From: an uncultured Alphaproteobacteria bacterium
Lineage (GTDB): Bacteria; Pseudomonadota; Alphaproteobacteria; HIMB59; GCA-002718135
NCBI GenBank assembly: GCA_902623585.1
Contig: CACNUO010000001.1
Location: 72,314 to 136,313 of the forward strand
Length of the DNA: 64,000 nucleotides
Direction: 5' to 3'
Both the position numbers and the translations under genes were made by a program. The notes below the pieces were generated by a model. That model was not told where the DNA came from and ran no database searches. It saw only the letters and a list, made by a program, of their open reading frames with translations. Of this stretch, positions 1 to 10,989 are shown one piece after another. Position 1 is the first letter of the stretch. Every line of letters begins with the position of its first letter.

Positions 1-1
1 T

Positions 2-892
2 AGATATAGACAATTTAATCAAATTAATTTTGAAATACTTGGTACTAGAGATTTTCTTGCTGATGTTGAGTTAATTTCTCTGTCAAATAATATTTTAAAC
101 GAACTGTTACCTAAATCTAATATAAAGCTTCATATTAATTCTTTAGGAGATAAAAAAACGTTAATTGATTTTAAAAAAAGTCTTACAAAGTATTTTAATA
201 TCCATAAAAAAAAACTATCAGAAGAAAGTATTAAAAAAATTGAAACTAACCCATTAAGAATATTAGATTCAAAAAACGAGGAAGATGTTGAAATTTCACT
301 ATCTTCACCTAAAATATATGAATTCTTAACTGACGAAGCTAAAAAGCACTACGAAGATCTTAAAAGATCGTTAAGTATACTAGAAATTGATTTTGAAGAA
401 AACGCTAATCTTGTTAGAGGTCTTGATTATTATTGTAATACAGTTTTCGAATACAAATCAGATAATTTAGGAAGCCAAGATACATTACTAGGTGGTGGAA
501 GATATGACGGTTTAATAAAAGTATTAGGCGGGCCTGATATACCCGGTATTGGATGGGCTGCAGGCATTGAAAGAATTGCATTATTAATGGATTCCGAAAA
601 ACAAATAAGCTCAACTATTCATATTGCAGTAACAAATGAAAAATTTACAGACTATTTTCTTTATCTACAAAAATATTTATATGAAAATAGAATTTCATAT
701 TACTGGAATTATAAATACAATTTAAAAAAATCATTTACAAAAGCAAATACATCATCAGCACCGTATATTATTATTATTGGAGAAAATGAGTTTAATGGTG
801 ATTTTTTTACTATTAAAAATTTAATGAATGGCGAACAAAAAGAATTAAAGCTGAATCAAATATTTAATCATTTGAATGATAAATCTAGATAA
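2..892 (+). CDS. hisS: Histidine--tRNA ligase, C-terminal ~296 aa (5' end lies outside the window)
   Basis: Frame 2 is open from the window edge. It translates to ...[13 protein letters not shown]...[11 protein letters not shown]...[11 protein letters not shown] (HisRS/class II motif 3) followed by an anticodon-binding domain. Track ORF 587..892 is only the Met-initiated tail of this frame. Confidence 0.9.
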   Translation, partial: RYRQFNQINFEILGTRDFLADVELISLSNNILNELLPKSNIKLHINSLGDKKTLIDFKKSLTKYFNIHKKKLSEESIKKIETNPLRILDSKNEEDVEISLSSPKIYEFLTDEAKKHYEDLKRSLSILEIDFEENANLVRGLDYYCNTVFEYKSDNLGSQDTLLGGGRYDGLIKVLGGPDIPGIGWAAGIERIALLMDSEKQISSTIHIAVTNEKFTDYFLYLQKYLYENRISYYWNYKYNLKKSFTKANTSSAPYIIIIGENEFNGDFFTIKNLMNGEQKELKLNQIFNHLNDKSR

Positions 893-1952
893 ACAATTTT
901 CAATAATTTTAGAAAAATTTAAATTAATTGAAAATTCATTAAACAATATGAATGATATAGACTCAAATGAATTAATTAAATTAAACAGAGAATATTCAGA
1001 GCTCCGACCAATTGTAGAAAAGATTCAAGAATACAACAATTTACAAAAAGATATATTAAATCTTAATGAGTTAGTACAAGATAATGATTTAGAAATAAGC
1101 AAAATAGCTGAATTAGAACTTATTGAAAAAAAAAATCAAATCAAAGATCTTGAACAGGAATTATTGAAGTTACTAATACCAAAAGATGAAAATGACTCTA
1201 AAAATTCAATTTTAGAAATCAGAGCTGGTACTGGAGGTGATGAAGCATCTCTTTTTGCTTCTGATTTATTAAATATGTATCAGAGATATGCCGATTTAAA
1301 TTCATGGAAATTTGATATTTTATCAATATCAGAAACAGGTTTAAAAGGAGTAAAAGAGGCTATTTGTAGTATTTCAGGATTAAATGTTTTTTCAAAACTA
1401 AAATTCGAATCTGGTGTTCATAGAGTGCAAAGGGTTCCAACGACTGAAAGTAGTGGAAGAGTTCACACATCAGCTGCTACTGTGGCAGTTCTACCTGAAG
1501 CTGAAGAGGTTGATATTGAAGTTCTTGATAAAGATCTAAGAATTGATGTTTTTAGATCAAGTGGACCAGGAGGGCAATCTGTCAACACTACTGATAGTGC
1601 CGTAAGAATAACACACATTCCAACTGGTATAGTAGTTTCTCAACAAGATGAAAAATCTCAACATAAAAATAAAGCAAAAGCTTTAAAGATTTTACGATCA
1701 AGATTATTAGACAATCAAATACAAGAAAAAAACAAAGAAAGATCTGAGCAAAGAAAAAATCAAGTAGGTTCTGGAGATAGATCTGAAAGAATAAGAACCT
1801 ATAATTTTCCTCAAGGAAGGGTTTCTGATCATAGAATAAATCTTACATTGTATAATCTTTCAGAAATACTTGAGGGTAAAATAGATGAGTTGATAAATCC
1901 TTTAATTGCTGAAGAAGAGAGTACAAAGTTAGCAAATATGAAAAATGAATAA
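876..1952 (+). CDS. prfA: Peptide chain release factor 1
   Basis: 358 aa with the GGQ motif ([12 protein letters not shown]) and an RF1-type recognition region ([17 protein letters not shown]). The start overlaps the hisS end by 17 nt. Confidence 0.93.
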   Translation: MINLDKQFSIILEKFKLIENSLNNMNDIDSNELIKLNREYSELRPIVEKIQEYNNLQKDILNLNELVQDNDLEISKIAELELIEKKNQIKDLEQELLKLLIPKDENDSKNSILEIRAGTGGDEASLFASDLLNMYQRYADLNSWKFDILSISETGLKGVKEAICSISGLNVFSKLKFESGVHRVQRVPTTESSGRVHTSAATVAVLPEAEEVDIEVLDKDLRIDVFRSSGPGGQSVNTTDSAVRITHIPTGIVVSQQDEKSQHKNKAKALKILRSRLLDNQIQEKNKERSEQRKNQVGSGDRSERIRTYNFPQGRVSDHRINLTLYNLSEILEGKIDELINPLIAEEESTKLANMKNE

Positions 1953-2775
1953 TTTAATTAAAGAGAGTTTAGCTAAATTAAAACAAAAAAATATAAGTAA
2001 TCCAGAACTAGATCTAAGAATTTTACTAAAGTATGCTTCAAAAAAAAATAATGAAATTATTTTAAGCAATCTTAATATAGATAATATTGATATTGTTAAA
2101 TTTAAATCTTATCTTCAAAAAAGAATTAATAGACAACCAATAGCTAAAATTATTAAAAATAAACCTTTTTGGAAAAATAATTTTTATGTAAATAATTTTG
2201 TTTTAGATCCACGTCCCGAAACAGAATTAATAATTGAAGAAGTTTTAAATATTTATAGAGACAAAAATCTTAAATTAAAAATATTAGATATTGGTACTGG
2301 ATCAGGTTGCATTGCAATATCACTAGCAAAGGAATTTAAAAATGCATCTATTATAGCAATAGATATATCTAAAAAAGCATTAGAAGTTGCAGAAAAAAAT
2401 TTAAAAATACATAATTGTTATAATCAAATTCAATTTAAGATGATTGATTTTAAAAATATTAATTCAAAGTTTGATTTGATTGTATCGAATCCACCATATC
2501 TAACAAACGAACAGTTTAATAATGCAGATCCAGAAGTTAAAAATTTTGAGCCTAAATTAGCTTTAGTTGGTGGAGATGATGGGTTGAAATTTTACAGAGA
2601 ATATTCAAATAATCTAAAAAATTTAATGAATAACAGCGCTCATTTTATATGTGAAATTGGTATTAATCAGAGACAAAATTGTGAAGAAATATTTGAAAAT
2701 TCTGGATTATATTTGAATAAAATAGTTAATGATCTTCAAGGAATCGAGAGAATCCTTAGTTTTTCTAAGATATGA
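1945..2775 (+). CDS. prmC: Release factor glutamine N5-methyltransferase (HemK/PrmC)
   Basis: 276 aa with SAM-binding [10 protein letters not shown] and the NPPY motif (VSNPPY). It sits immediately downstream of prfA and overlaps it. Confidence 0.9.
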   Translation: MNNLIKESLAKLKQKNISNPELDLRILLKYASKKNNEIILSNLNIDNIDIVKFKSYLQKRINRQPIAKIIKNKPFWKNNFYVNNFVLDPRPETELIIEEVLNIYRDKNLKLKILDIGTGSGCIAISLAKEFKNASIIAIDISKKALEVAEKNLKIHNCYNQIQFKMIDFKNINSKFDLIVSNPPYLTNEQFNNADPEVKNFEPKLALVGGDDGLKFYREYSNNLKNLMNNSAHFICEIGINQRQNCEEIFENSGLYLNKIVNDLQGIERILSFSKI

Positions 2776-2852
2776 GTTGAAATAAATCAAATGAACTGTA
2801 TAGGTAAGAAAAAAGATTAATAATTTAATTAAATTTTTAATTTCCTAACAAT

Positions 2853-3266
2853 ATGTATAAAAAAAACGGTAGAACCGCTTATAAGAGTAATAGAAGAACC
2901 AGTTTTAAGAAACCTGGTGGCTACAAAAATTTCAATAATAGAAATAGAGGAAATGTATCCCAGCAATATAACAAGTACTTAAAACTTGCTAAAGAAGCAT
3001 CCAGATCAGGTGATAGAATTCAATCTGAATACTATTATCAATTTACTGATCACTATTACAGAATAATGGTTGAGCTAGGTATTAATATTGAAGAAAATAC
3101 TAATTTTGATGACCAAAAACAAACTACTTCAAATGAACAATCTTCAGAAACAGATAATGAAACTATCGAAGAAAATGATAATAATAAAGTAGAAGACGAT
3201 TCCATTGAATCTATTCCATTTATAGCAGAACCATCTAAAGAAAAAAGAACAAGATCAACAAAGTAG
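2853..3266 (+). CDS. DUF4167-like conserved alphaproteobacterial protein (basic N-terminus, acidic C-terminus)
   Basis: 137 aa. The segment QQYNKYLKLAKEASRSGDRIQSEYYYQFTDHYYRIM resembles the DUF4167 core. Function unknown. Confidence 0.55.
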   Translation: MYKKNGRTAYKSNRRTSFKKPGGYKNFNNRNRGNVSQQYNKYLKLAKEASRSGDRIQSEYYYQFTDHYYRIMVELGINIEENTNFDDQKQTTSNEQSSETDNETIEENDNNKVEDDSIESIPFIAEPSKEKRTRSTK

Positions 3267-4559
3267 TTATTCGTATAACATACTTAAATGATCAGCATAT
3301 ATTATTTTATATTCTGCTTTAAATTTTTCTAATTCCTTGCCCTCAAGTATTTTTCCAGAAGGAAGTTTTAGTTTTAACGGATTTATATGTTTATTTTGAT
3401 AAATAATCTCATAATGAAGATGAGGCCCTGTAGAATTTCCTGTACTACCTACATAGCCTATAACTTCACCTTGGTTAACTCTTACACCTTTAGAAATACC
3501 TTTCTTATAATTTGACAAATGTGCATATGCCGTTTTATATCCATTATTATGCCTTATACGAATATATTTTCCATATCCTCCATTCCTTCCAACGTATTCA
3601 ACAATTCCATTTCCTCCTGCATAAATTGGTGTTCCTGTAGGTGCAGCAAAATCAACACCTTTATGCATTTTATTGAAACCTGAGATAGGATGTTTACGCA
3701 TACCAAAATTTGATGAAATTCTTGCACCGTCTAAAGGTGTCTTTAATATTGATTTTTTAACATTTTTACCTTCTCTGTTAAAATAATCAACATAACCATC
3801 ATCTGTAATAAACTTAAAGTATTCTAACTGTTTTCCATCTATTGTTATCGAAGCATATTTAATATCATTATATTCTATTCTACCTGTCTCAACTATTTCA
3901 TCAAATTCATAGGATATTGAAACAACTGTATTGACTCTAATATCTCTTTGAAAATCTAGATCAAAACTAAAAAGACTTATAATTTTAACTAAAATATCTG
4001 GTGATACACCATTTTTGATACCGTCTGAAAATAATGATTCTGCAATTGTATATTCTTTTGATTCAATAAACGAGTCCTTAATTAATTCTCTAATATTTAT
4101 ATTTATTTCTTTATCTAAATTAACTGAGATAATTGTCTCACTGTTCTTAAAAAATTCAATTTTTTTAATTTCTCCAAAACTATTTTCAAAAACACTTATA
4201 ATTTCTCCAGTTTTGATTTTCTTTAAATCAAAAAAGTTTTCTATCTCACTTATAATTTTGTAAATATTTTCTTGTTCAAAGTTTAAACTTTCTAAAATAG
4301 AAACAAAAGTATCACCTTGTAAAATTTTAATTTTATTCTCAACATATTGCACTTTATCAATACTTTTTTTTATTTTAGGTGAAGCCACTTCCTCTTTTTT
4401 TTCTTGAATAATTTCTTTTTTAGCTTCTACTTTTTCTTTTTTAACAATCACTGTCTCTAAAGAATCTTTTTTTGATAAGTGAAAAAATTCAGAAATAAAT
4501 AAATAATATCCTGATGATATTAAAGAAATTAAAATTAGATATCTTAAAATTCTAAACAC
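3267..4559 (-). CDS. Membrane-anchored M23 (LytM-type) peptidoglycan metalloendopeptidase
   Basis: 430 aa with an N-terminal TM helix. The C-terminus carries HKGVDFAAPTGTPIYA ... GSTGNSTGPHLHYEI (M23 zinc motifs HxxxD / HxH). Confidence 0.85.
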   Translation of the reverse strand: MFRILRYLILISLISSGYYLFISEFFHLSKKDSLETVIVKKEKVEAKKEIIQEKKEEVASPKIKKSIDKVQYVENKIKILQGDTFVSILESLNFEQENIYKIISEIENFFDLKKIKTGEIISVFENSFGEIKKIEFFKNSETIISVNLDKEININIRELIKDSFIESKEYTIAESLFSDGIKNGVSPDILVKIISLFSFDLDFQRDIRVNTVVSISYEFDEIVETGRIEYNDIKYASITIDGKQLEYFKFITDDGYVDYFNREGKNVKKSILKTPLDGARISSNFGMRKHPISGFNKMHKGVDFAAPTGTPIYAGGNGIVEYVGRNGGYGKYIRIRHNNGYKTAYAHLSNYKKGISKGVRVNQGEVIGYVGSTGNSTGPHLHYEIIYQNKHINPLKLKLPSGKILEGKELEKFKAEYKIIYADHLSMLYE

Positions 4560-5024
4560 CTAGAAATATTTTGAATTAAAATATACAAGCGGTTTCAATT
4601 TATCATTAGATTGTACTTCTAATATCTTACATATAAATATTATGTGATCACCTTTTTTGATTTTATCTATTAGTTTACATTCAAGATTTGCTATACAATT
4701 TGGTATAATTGCCGTTTTATAATTCCCTTCAATAAATTTTATATTTTCTAATTTAGGTGTTGTTGAGGCAAAATTATCAGATAATTTTTTTTGCTTACTA
4801 GATAAAATATTTATTGATAAGAAATTTGTTTTTGAAAACTGTTTTATTGAAGATGAGTAATTGCCTAAAGAAAACAAAACCATAGGAGGGTTTAGAGATA
4901 GAGAGTTAAATGAATTAACAGTTTTCCCGTATATTGAATTATTATTTTTAACACATACAACAGTAATACCTGTCGAAAACTTACTAAGTGTTTTTTTAAA
5001 ATTAATAGTGTTTACTTTTTTCAT
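4560..5024 (-). CDS. Flavin reductase-like FMN-binding domain protein
   Basis: 154 aa. The pattern FSTGITVV...NSFNSLSLNPPMVLFSL is typical of the flavin reductase split-barrel family. Confidence 0.65.
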   Translation of the reverse strand: MKKVNTINFKKTLSKFSTGITVVCVKNNNSIYGKTVNSFNSLSLNPPMVLFSLGNYSSSIKQFSKTNFLSINILSSKQKKLSDNFASTTPKLENIKFIEGNYKTAIIPNCIANLECKLIDKIKKGDHIIFICKILEVQSNDKLKPLVYFNSKYF

Positions 5025-5521
5025 AACCTTTTTTGCATATAAATCGAATCAACCCACTTATTTTTTTTAAAGCCAGCTTTCTTTATAGTTCCAATATATT
5101 GAAATCCATTATTTTTATGTATTTTTATAGAAGCAAAATTATTTTTTCCACCAATCACTGCTATCAAATTTTTAATCTTTGAAATTTTTTTACATATTTT
5201 AACAAGTTCTTTTAGTATTTTATTACCATAACCATTATTAATGAAATTTGGATCAACATAGATTGAATGTTCATATGAAAATCTATATCCACTTTTTTCT
5301 CTAAATTTATTTACAAAGGCTAATCCAATAACTTCATTTTCTTCAATTGCTAAAATAAAAGGTAATTTACTTTTTTTAATTTTTTTTAATAATAAATTAA
5401 ATTTTAATTTAGATAATTTTTTTTCTTCAAAATTAGAGAATGAATTTTCAATAAAATAATTATAAATTTTTAGAGCTTTAGAGATTTCATTTTCTGTAAA
5501 ATTGTTTTTTTTTACCTTCAT
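5021..5521 (-). CDS. GNAT family N-acetyltransferase
   Basis: 166 aa. It has an acetyl-CoA-binding-like segment (VDPNFINNGYGNKILKELV) and typical GNAT length and topology. It overlaps the downstream gene by 4 nt. Confidence 0.7.
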   Translation of the reverse strand: MKVKKNNFTENEISKALKIYNYFIENSFSNFEEKKLSKLKFNLLLKKIKKSKLPFILAIEENEVIGLAFVNKFREKSGYRFSYEHSIYVDPNFINNGYGNKILKELVKICKKISKIKNLIAVIGGKNNFASIKIHKNNGFQYIGTIKKAGFKKNKWVDSIYMQKRL

Positions 5522-5741
5522 TTATCTCCTAATATTAATATTGAATTGTATGAATAATTCTAAACTCTGAATATTATTTAATAAAAAATTGATCAATATG
5601 TTTATAATTAATTTACTTAATTAATGATTAAAAAAGGTTAAATTAAGTATAATTTAAAAATCTCATATGATCTTTCAATTATTGCTTTAGCTTTAAAAGT
5701 CATTATATTTCAAAATAATATATTTAGATAAAAAACTACTT

Positions 5742-5816
5742 GGGTGTGTAGCTCAGCGGTAGAGCACTGCCTCGACACGGCAGGGGTCACAGGTTCAATC
5801 CCTGTCACACCCACCA
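5742..5816 (+). tRNA. tRNA-Val (anticodon GAC at 5774-5776), CCA encoded
   Basis: Hand-folded cloverleaf: acceptor GGGTGTG/CACACCC, D stem GCTC/GAGC, anticodon stem CTGCC/GGCAG with loop TCGACAC, T arm ACAGG-TTCAATC-CCTGT, then A73-CCA. Confidence 0.88.
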
Positions 5817-5837
5817 TAGAAATTTTAATAAATATTC

Positions 5838-6281
5838 TTGAATTTTAATAATATGATATATTTATATTATATGTTCAAATGTTTACTAGTAGCCACTCTA
5901 ATCGCTTCATTGATTTTCTTAATAATAGATGTAATTTGGTTAAGTTTTGCTACAAAGTCTTTTTATAGACCTCTAATAGGTAATTTATTAACTGATAAGC
6001 CTGTAATGTGGGCTGCCGCTCTTTTTTACATATTGTATGTATTGGGTATGGCTTTGGTTGTAATTCAACCTTGTGTTGACTCTGGTAACTTAATGAAAAC
6101 ATTATACACTGGCTTCATATTCGGTTTGGTTGCATATGGCACATACAACTTAACAAATATGGCAGTACTTAAAGGCTGGTCACCAACCGTTACTTTTGTA
6201 GATATGATCTGGGGCGGTTCATTAACAGCTGTATCAGCTACATCTGGATTATATTTAGCAAAAAAAATAGTGTATTTTTAA
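5838..6281 (+). CDS. Small integral membrane protein (DUF2177-like); start uncertain (TTG 5838, ATG 5853 or ATG 5871)
   Basis: Four predicted TM helices and no recognisable catalytic motifs. Its stop overlaps the convergent ispA stop. Confidence 0.5.
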   Translation: MNFNNMIYLYYMFKCLLVATLIASLIFLIIDVIWLSFATKSFYRPLIGNLLTDKPVMWAAALFYILYVLGMALVVIQPCVDSGNLMKTLYTGFIFGLVAYGTYNLTNMAVLKGWSPTVTFVDMIWGGSLTAVSATSGLYLAKKIVYF

Positions 6282-7168
6282 TTTAGTCGACCCATTCCAA
6301 ATTCTAGCATTTTTATTAGTATAGGGTTTTGACTTATTCTATTTTTATATTTTTTTATAAAAGTATTAATTTTATTATTACATAAATCAGTAACTTGTTT
6401 TTCACCAATTAATTTTAGTAAAGTACTTTTGCCTTGCTCAACATCTTTACCTGGTGTTTTTCCAATTTTCTTAAAAGTTCCAATTTCATCGATTAAGTCA
6501 TCTATAATTTGAAATATTAAACCAAATAACATTCCATAATCTTTTGCAAATTGAATATCTATTTTACTTTTATCTTTTAATATAAAAGGTGCAGAAAACG
6601 AGAATTCAAATAACTTGCCAGTTTTTCTAGAATACATATCTAAAATTTTATTTGTAGATAACTTTTTATTTTCATATTCTAAATCTAAAGCTTGACCAAG
6701 AGCTAATCCTTTATGTCCAATACACAAAGAAAGATAATTTATTAAATTTAATCTAGAAATAACATTTTTGTTTTTAAAATTTCCTGAGATCAATTCAAAT
6801 GCTAAATCATGTAAAGCATCTCCTGCTAATATTGCAGTAGCTTCATTAAATTTTTTATGAGTACTTAATTTACCTCTTCTGTAATCATCATCATCCATTG
6901 ATGGTAAATCATCGTGAATTAAGGAGTACGAATGTATACATTCAATACATGAGGCTATGATAAAGGCATCATTTGATGAAATTTTAGCTATTTTTGCTGA
7001 CTCCATTACTAAAAATGGCCTTATTCTTTTTCCTCCATTCATAGAACCATAAAAGATTGCATTTGATAAACTTGATTTGTCTAGCTTATTTTTTAAAAGC
7101 TTTTTAAATTTAATATCAAACTTTCTTTTATTTGCATTTATTAACGTATTTAAGTTCATAGATAACAA
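6278..7168 (-). CDS. ispA: Farnesyl/geranyl diphosphate synthase (polyprenyl synthetase family)
   Basis: 296 aa with the first Asp-rich motif LIHDDLPSMDDDDYRRG and the second, QIIDDLID. Confidence 0.88.
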   Translation of the reverse strand: MLSMNLNTLINANKRKFDIKFKKLLKNKLDKSSLSNAIFYGSMNGGKRIRPFLVMESAKIAKISSNDAFIIASCIECIHSYSLIHDDLPSMDDDDYRRGKLSTHKKFNEATAILAGDALHDLAFELISGNFKNKNVISRLNLINYLSLCIGHKGLALGQALDLEYENKKLSTNKILDMYSRKTGKLFEFSFSAPFILKDKSKIDIQFAKDYGMLFGLIFQIIDDLIDEIGTFKKIGKTPGKDVEQGKSTLLKLIGEKQVTDLCNNKINTFIKKYKNRISQNPILIKMLEFGMGRLN

Positions 7169-7221
7169 TTTATATTTGTTTTAATTTCTAAATTATTTAA
7201 TACAAATATGCGAATGTATTT

Positions 7222-8259
7222 ATGAGAATCGAAGAAGAAATTAAACTTGACTACTCAGATGTCCTTTTTAGACCAAAGAGAAGTACTTTAAAAAGTAGGA
7301 AAGATGTTGATTTGAATAGAAAATATACTTTTAAACACTCAAGATTATCATGGAAAGGAATTCCAATAATAGCCTCTAATATGGATGGTGTTGGTGAAAT
7401 AGACGTTGCAAAAAAACTAAGTTCTCACAAACTAATGACCGCTTTAACAAAACAACATGACATTAATCAAATAGGAACTATTTATAAGAAAAATATTTTC
7501 TTTGATTCAATTGCTCTTAGTTGTGGCACAAGTAAAGACAGTTACAATAGGTTAAATTCAATTCTAAAAAAATATCCAAAATTTAAATTTATCTGTATTG
7601 ATGTTGCAAATGGTTATTCAGAAAATTTTAGTAATTTTGTTTCAGAAGTAAGAAAAAAATATCCAAAAAAAACTATTATTGCAGGTAATGTTGTTACTGC
7701 AGATATGACTCAGGAATTAGTATTAAGTGGAGCAGATATTGTTAAAGTTGGTATCGGTCCTGGAAGTGTGTGCACCACTAGAATACAAACAGGAGTAGGG
7801 TATCCACAACTAAGCGCTGTTATGGAATGTGCTGATGCAGCACATGGATTAGGAGCGCATATTATCGCTGATGGAGGCTGTACTTGTCCTGGTGATGTTG
7901 CAAAAGGTTTCGGAGCTGGTGCAGACTTTGTTATGCTTGGCGGAATGTTAGCAGGTCATAAGGAAGGTGGTGGTGATATAATTGAGGAAAATGAAACTAA
8001 ATTTATCGAGTTTTATGGATCAAGTTCTGAAGAAGCAAATGAGAAACATTATGGTGGTCTTGCAAACTATCGATCATCTGAAGGTAAAAAAGTTAAAATA
8101 CAAATGAAGAATTCGCTAGACAGTACAATTAGAGATATTCTTGGAGGTGTACGAAGTAGTTGTACATACGTAGGCGCTTCATCATTAAAGCAACTTAGCA
8201 AGTGTACTACATTTGTAAGAGTAAATAATCAGTATAATGACACTTTTGGGAAAGTGTAG
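7222..8259 (+). CDS. guaC: GMP reductase
   Basis: 345 aa. The N-terminus [29 protein letters not shown] is collinear with enterobacterial GuaC. It is an IMPDH/GMPR barrel with GPGSVCTTR. Confidence 0.9.
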   Translation: MRIEEEIKLDYSDVLFRPKRSTLKSRKDVDLNRKYTFKHSRLSWKGIPIIASNMDGVGEIDVAKKLSSHKLMTALTKQHDINQIGTIYKKNIFFDSIALSCGTSKDSYNRLNSILKKYPKFKFICIDVANGYSENFSNFVSEVRKKYPKKTIIAGNVVTADMTQELVLSGADIVKVGIGPGSVCTTRIQTGVGYPQLSAVMECADAAHGLGAHIIADGGCTCPGDVAKGFGAGADFVMLGGMLAGHKEGGGDIIEENETKFIEFYGSSSEEANEKHYGGLANYRSSEGKKVKIQMKNSLDSTIRDILGGVRSSCTYVGASSLKQLSKCTTFVRVNNQYNDTFGKV

Positions 8260-8260
8260 G

Positions 8261-9847
8261 TTAGTAACCTATTGCCATACCATCCTTTCGTGGATCTGAA
8301 CCTCCTATAAGTACTCCATTTTTTCTATCTATTTTTATACATTGACCACCACCAATAGCATTTTTATTTATTTTAATTTTATGACCAATATTCTTTAATT
8401 TTTTTACAATTTTATTATCTAATGAATTTTCAACATTTAAGATGCCATTAAGAGCAAATGCTCTAGGTAAATCTAAGCCTTCTTGAACTGACAAATTGTA
8501 GTCAATTATATTTTGCATCAAATGAGTTTGACCAATTGGCTGATATTGTCCTCCCATAACTCCATAAGAATACAGTGTCTCATTATTCTTATTAGTTATT
8601 AACCCAGGGATTATTGTATGAAGTGGTCTTTTATGACTATCAATTGAGTTGGGGTGACCGTCTTCTAATCTGAAATTTACACCTCTATTTTGAAAAAGAA
8701 TTCCTGTTTTATCACTTGTAATTCCACTTCCAAAACCATGACATATTGAATTAATAAATGATACAGAATTCAAATCTCTATCTACAACACTTAAATATAT
8801 TGTTTCAGGGTGAGAAGTTACATAGCCTTTTTTGGAAGAATAAATTTTATTTTTATTTATTCTAGAACATAAAGAGCTAATGTATTCATTACTTAAATAA
8901 TATTTTATATTTATTTTGTTAAATTTAGGATCACCAAATATTGTTTCTTTAACCTCAAAACATATTTTTGAAATCTCAGCTTGAAGATGATATCTTTCAA
9001 AACTTGAAGGATGGTATTTTTTGATATTTAGTTTCTCAGTCATTGCCATCATCATCAAAACAACTAATCCAGGACTATTTAAGGGGCATTGATGTATTTT
9101 TAAATTTCTATATGAATTTGTTATTGTTTTTGAAAATAACGTTTTTTGATTATAGAAATCTTCTTCTGTATGCAGTCCTCCAAGTTTATTTAGTGTCTTA
9201 ACCATGTCCTTAGTTATATCACTTTGATAAAATCCTTTTATTTTATTTTTTGAGATGATTCTTAAAGTATTTGCTAAAGGAATATTCTTAAAAACCTCAC
9301 CATAACTATAACTTAGATTTTTATTTAAAAATAATCTTTTAGAATTAGAATTTTTTTTAAGTTTTTTTTCATTCTCCTTCCATGCAATAGCTTCAACTTC
9401 ATGAACAGGAAATCCTTTTCTAGCAAAATTTTCTGCACCATTTAAAACTTCATTAAAATCAATTCTTCCAAATTTTTCATGCATAGAACACCATGCATGA
9501 ACTGCTCCAGGAATAGTAACTGAATGTGGACTTGTTAAACCAATATTTTTTATTTTATTATCTTTATAAAACTGTAAATTTGCTCTTTTAGGAGCAATTC
9601 CAGACCCGTTCACAGCAATTGGTTTTTTTCCATTCATCGAAATAATTGCAAAACAATCCCCACCAATTCCAGTTGCGCTTGGACATACTACAGCTTGAAC
9701 AGCTGAAGCTGCGATAGCAGCATCAACAGCATTTCCACCTTTTTGAAGTACATTAATAGCCTCTATGGAACTTAATGGATTTGATGTTGCCACCATACCA
9801 TTTTGAGCTAAAACATTAGATCTTCCTGGGTAAGATAACTTTCTCAT
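8261..9847 (-). CDS. ggt: Gamma-glutamyltranspeptidase family protein
   Basis: 528 aa, collinear with the GGT family (GGDCFAI..., ...PLHTIIPG..., GGSDPRKDG near the C-terminus). Confidence 0.82.
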   Translation of the reverse strand: MRKLSYPGRSNVLAQNGMVATSNPLSSIEAINVLQKGGNAVDAAIAASAVQAVVCPSATGIGGDCFAIISMNGKKPIAVNGSGIAPKRANLQFYKDNKIKNIGLTSPHSVTIPGAVHAWCSMHEKFGRIDFNEVLNGAENFARKGFPVHEVEAIAWKENEKKLKKNSNSKRLFLNKNLSYSYGEVFKNIPLANTLRIISKNKIKGFYQSDITKDMVKTLNKLGGLHTEEDFYNQKTLFSKTITNSYRNLKIHQCPLNSPGLVVLMMMAMTEKLNIKKYHPSSFERYHLQAEISKICFEVKETIFGDPKFNKINIKYYLSNEYISSLCSRINKNKIYSSKKGYVTSHPETIYLSVVDRDLNSVSFINSICHGFGSGITSDKTGILFQNRGVNFRLEDGHPNSIDSHKRPLHTIIPGLITNKNNETLYSYGVMGGQYQPIGQTHLMQNIIDYNLSVQEGLDLPRAFALNGILNVENSLDNKIVKKLKNIGHKIKINKNAIGGGQCIKIDRKNGVLIGGSDPRKDGMAIGY

Positions 9848-9904
9848 ATTAATTCAGACAATATATGTTTGACAAAACAAATCCCAGAATTTAAAGCGCT
9901 TTTT

Positions 9905-10030
9905 ATGAAAGTTAAATGTTCATTAAAAACTGCCAAAACTAGAGATAAGGATTGTAAAGTAGTTCGTAGAAAAGGTAGGATTTATGTAATTAATAAGAAA
10001 AATCCCAGAATGAAAGCAAGACAGGGATAA
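9905..10030 (+). CDS. rpmJ: 50S ribosomal protein L36 (alpha-type, zinc-less) - not in the supplied ORF track
   Basis: ATG at 9905. The 41-aa product [41 protein letters not shown] matches the alphaproteobacterial L36 pattern (...VRRKGR.Y.INKKNPR.KARQG). TAA at 10028-10030. Confidence 0.9.
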   Translation: MKVKCSLKTAKTRDKDCKVVRRKGRIYVINKKNPRMKARQG

Positions 10031-10972
10031 TTAATTTTCTGCTATATATTTTTCAGCCTCTAAAGCAGCCATACAGCCCATACCAGCAGCTGTAACAGCC
10101 TGCCTATAAATTTTATCTTTTACATCACCTGCTGCAAAGACTCCCTTAATACTTGTTTCAGTACTATCAGGTTTAGTAATTATATAATTTTCCTCGTCCA
10201 TTTTTAACTTATCTATAAAAAGTGAAGTAGCGGGATCATGTCCTATAGCTATAAAAGCACCATTTACATCTATAGTTGTTTTGATGCCGTCTAATGTGTT
10301 CTCTAAAATAATTTTTTTCAATGTATTTGGATTTTCTTCTCCAACGAACTCAGAAACCTTACTATTCCAAATTACTTCAATTTTTTTATTGTTAAATAGT
10401 CTTTCTTGTAAAATTTTTTCAGCTCGTAAACTATCTCTTCTATGAATTAACAAAACCTTTGAAGCAAATTTAGTCAAAAACATTGCTTCCTCTACTGCAC
10501 TATTACCTCCACCAATCACTGCTACTTGCTGATCTTTGAAGAAAAATCCATCGCAAGTTGCACAAGCTGATATACCAAATCCTTTAAATTTTTTTTCACT
10601 TTCCAAATTCAGCCATCTAGCCTGAGCGCCTGTTGCAATAATTATCGATTTGGAAACAAACTCTTTGCCTGACTCAGTTTTGGAAGTAAATGGATTCTTT
10701 TCAAAATCAACTGAAGTTATAATATCATTATGAAAGATAGTTCCAACTTTTACTGCTTGTTCTTTCATTTGTTCCATAAGCCAAGGACCCTGAATTACAT
10801 TTTCAAATCCTGGATAGTTTTCTACATCCGTAGTGATGGTTAGCTGACCTCCTGGTTCTAAACCTGAAACTAAATGCGGTTTTAAATTTGCTCTTGCCGC
10901 GTATATTGCAGCAGTATAGCCTGCTGGTCCAGAGCCAATAATTAAGACATCATTTTCTATTTTTTCAGTCAT
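10031..10972 (-). CDS. trxB: Thioredoxin-disulfide reductase
   Basis: 313 aa with FAD motif GSGPAGYTAA, redox-active CATCDG and NADPH motif GGGNSAVEEA. Confidence 0.93.
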   Translation of the reverse strand: MTEKIENDVLIIGSGPAGYTAAIYAARANLKPHLVSGLEPGGQLTITTDVENYPGFENVIQGPWLMEQMKEQAVKVGTIFHNDIITSVDFEKNPFTSKTESGKEFVSKSIIIATGAQARWLNLESEKKFKGFGISACATCDGFFFKDQQVAVIGGGNSAVEEAMFLTKFASKVLLIHRRDSLRAEKILQERLFNNKKIEVIWNSKVSEFVGEENPNTLKKIILENTLDGIKTTIDVNGAFIAIGHDPATSLFIDKLKMDEENYIITKPDSTETSIKGVFAAGDVKDKIYRQAVTAAGMGCMAALEAEKYIAEN

Positions 10973-10989
10973 ATAATTAAATTAATAAT

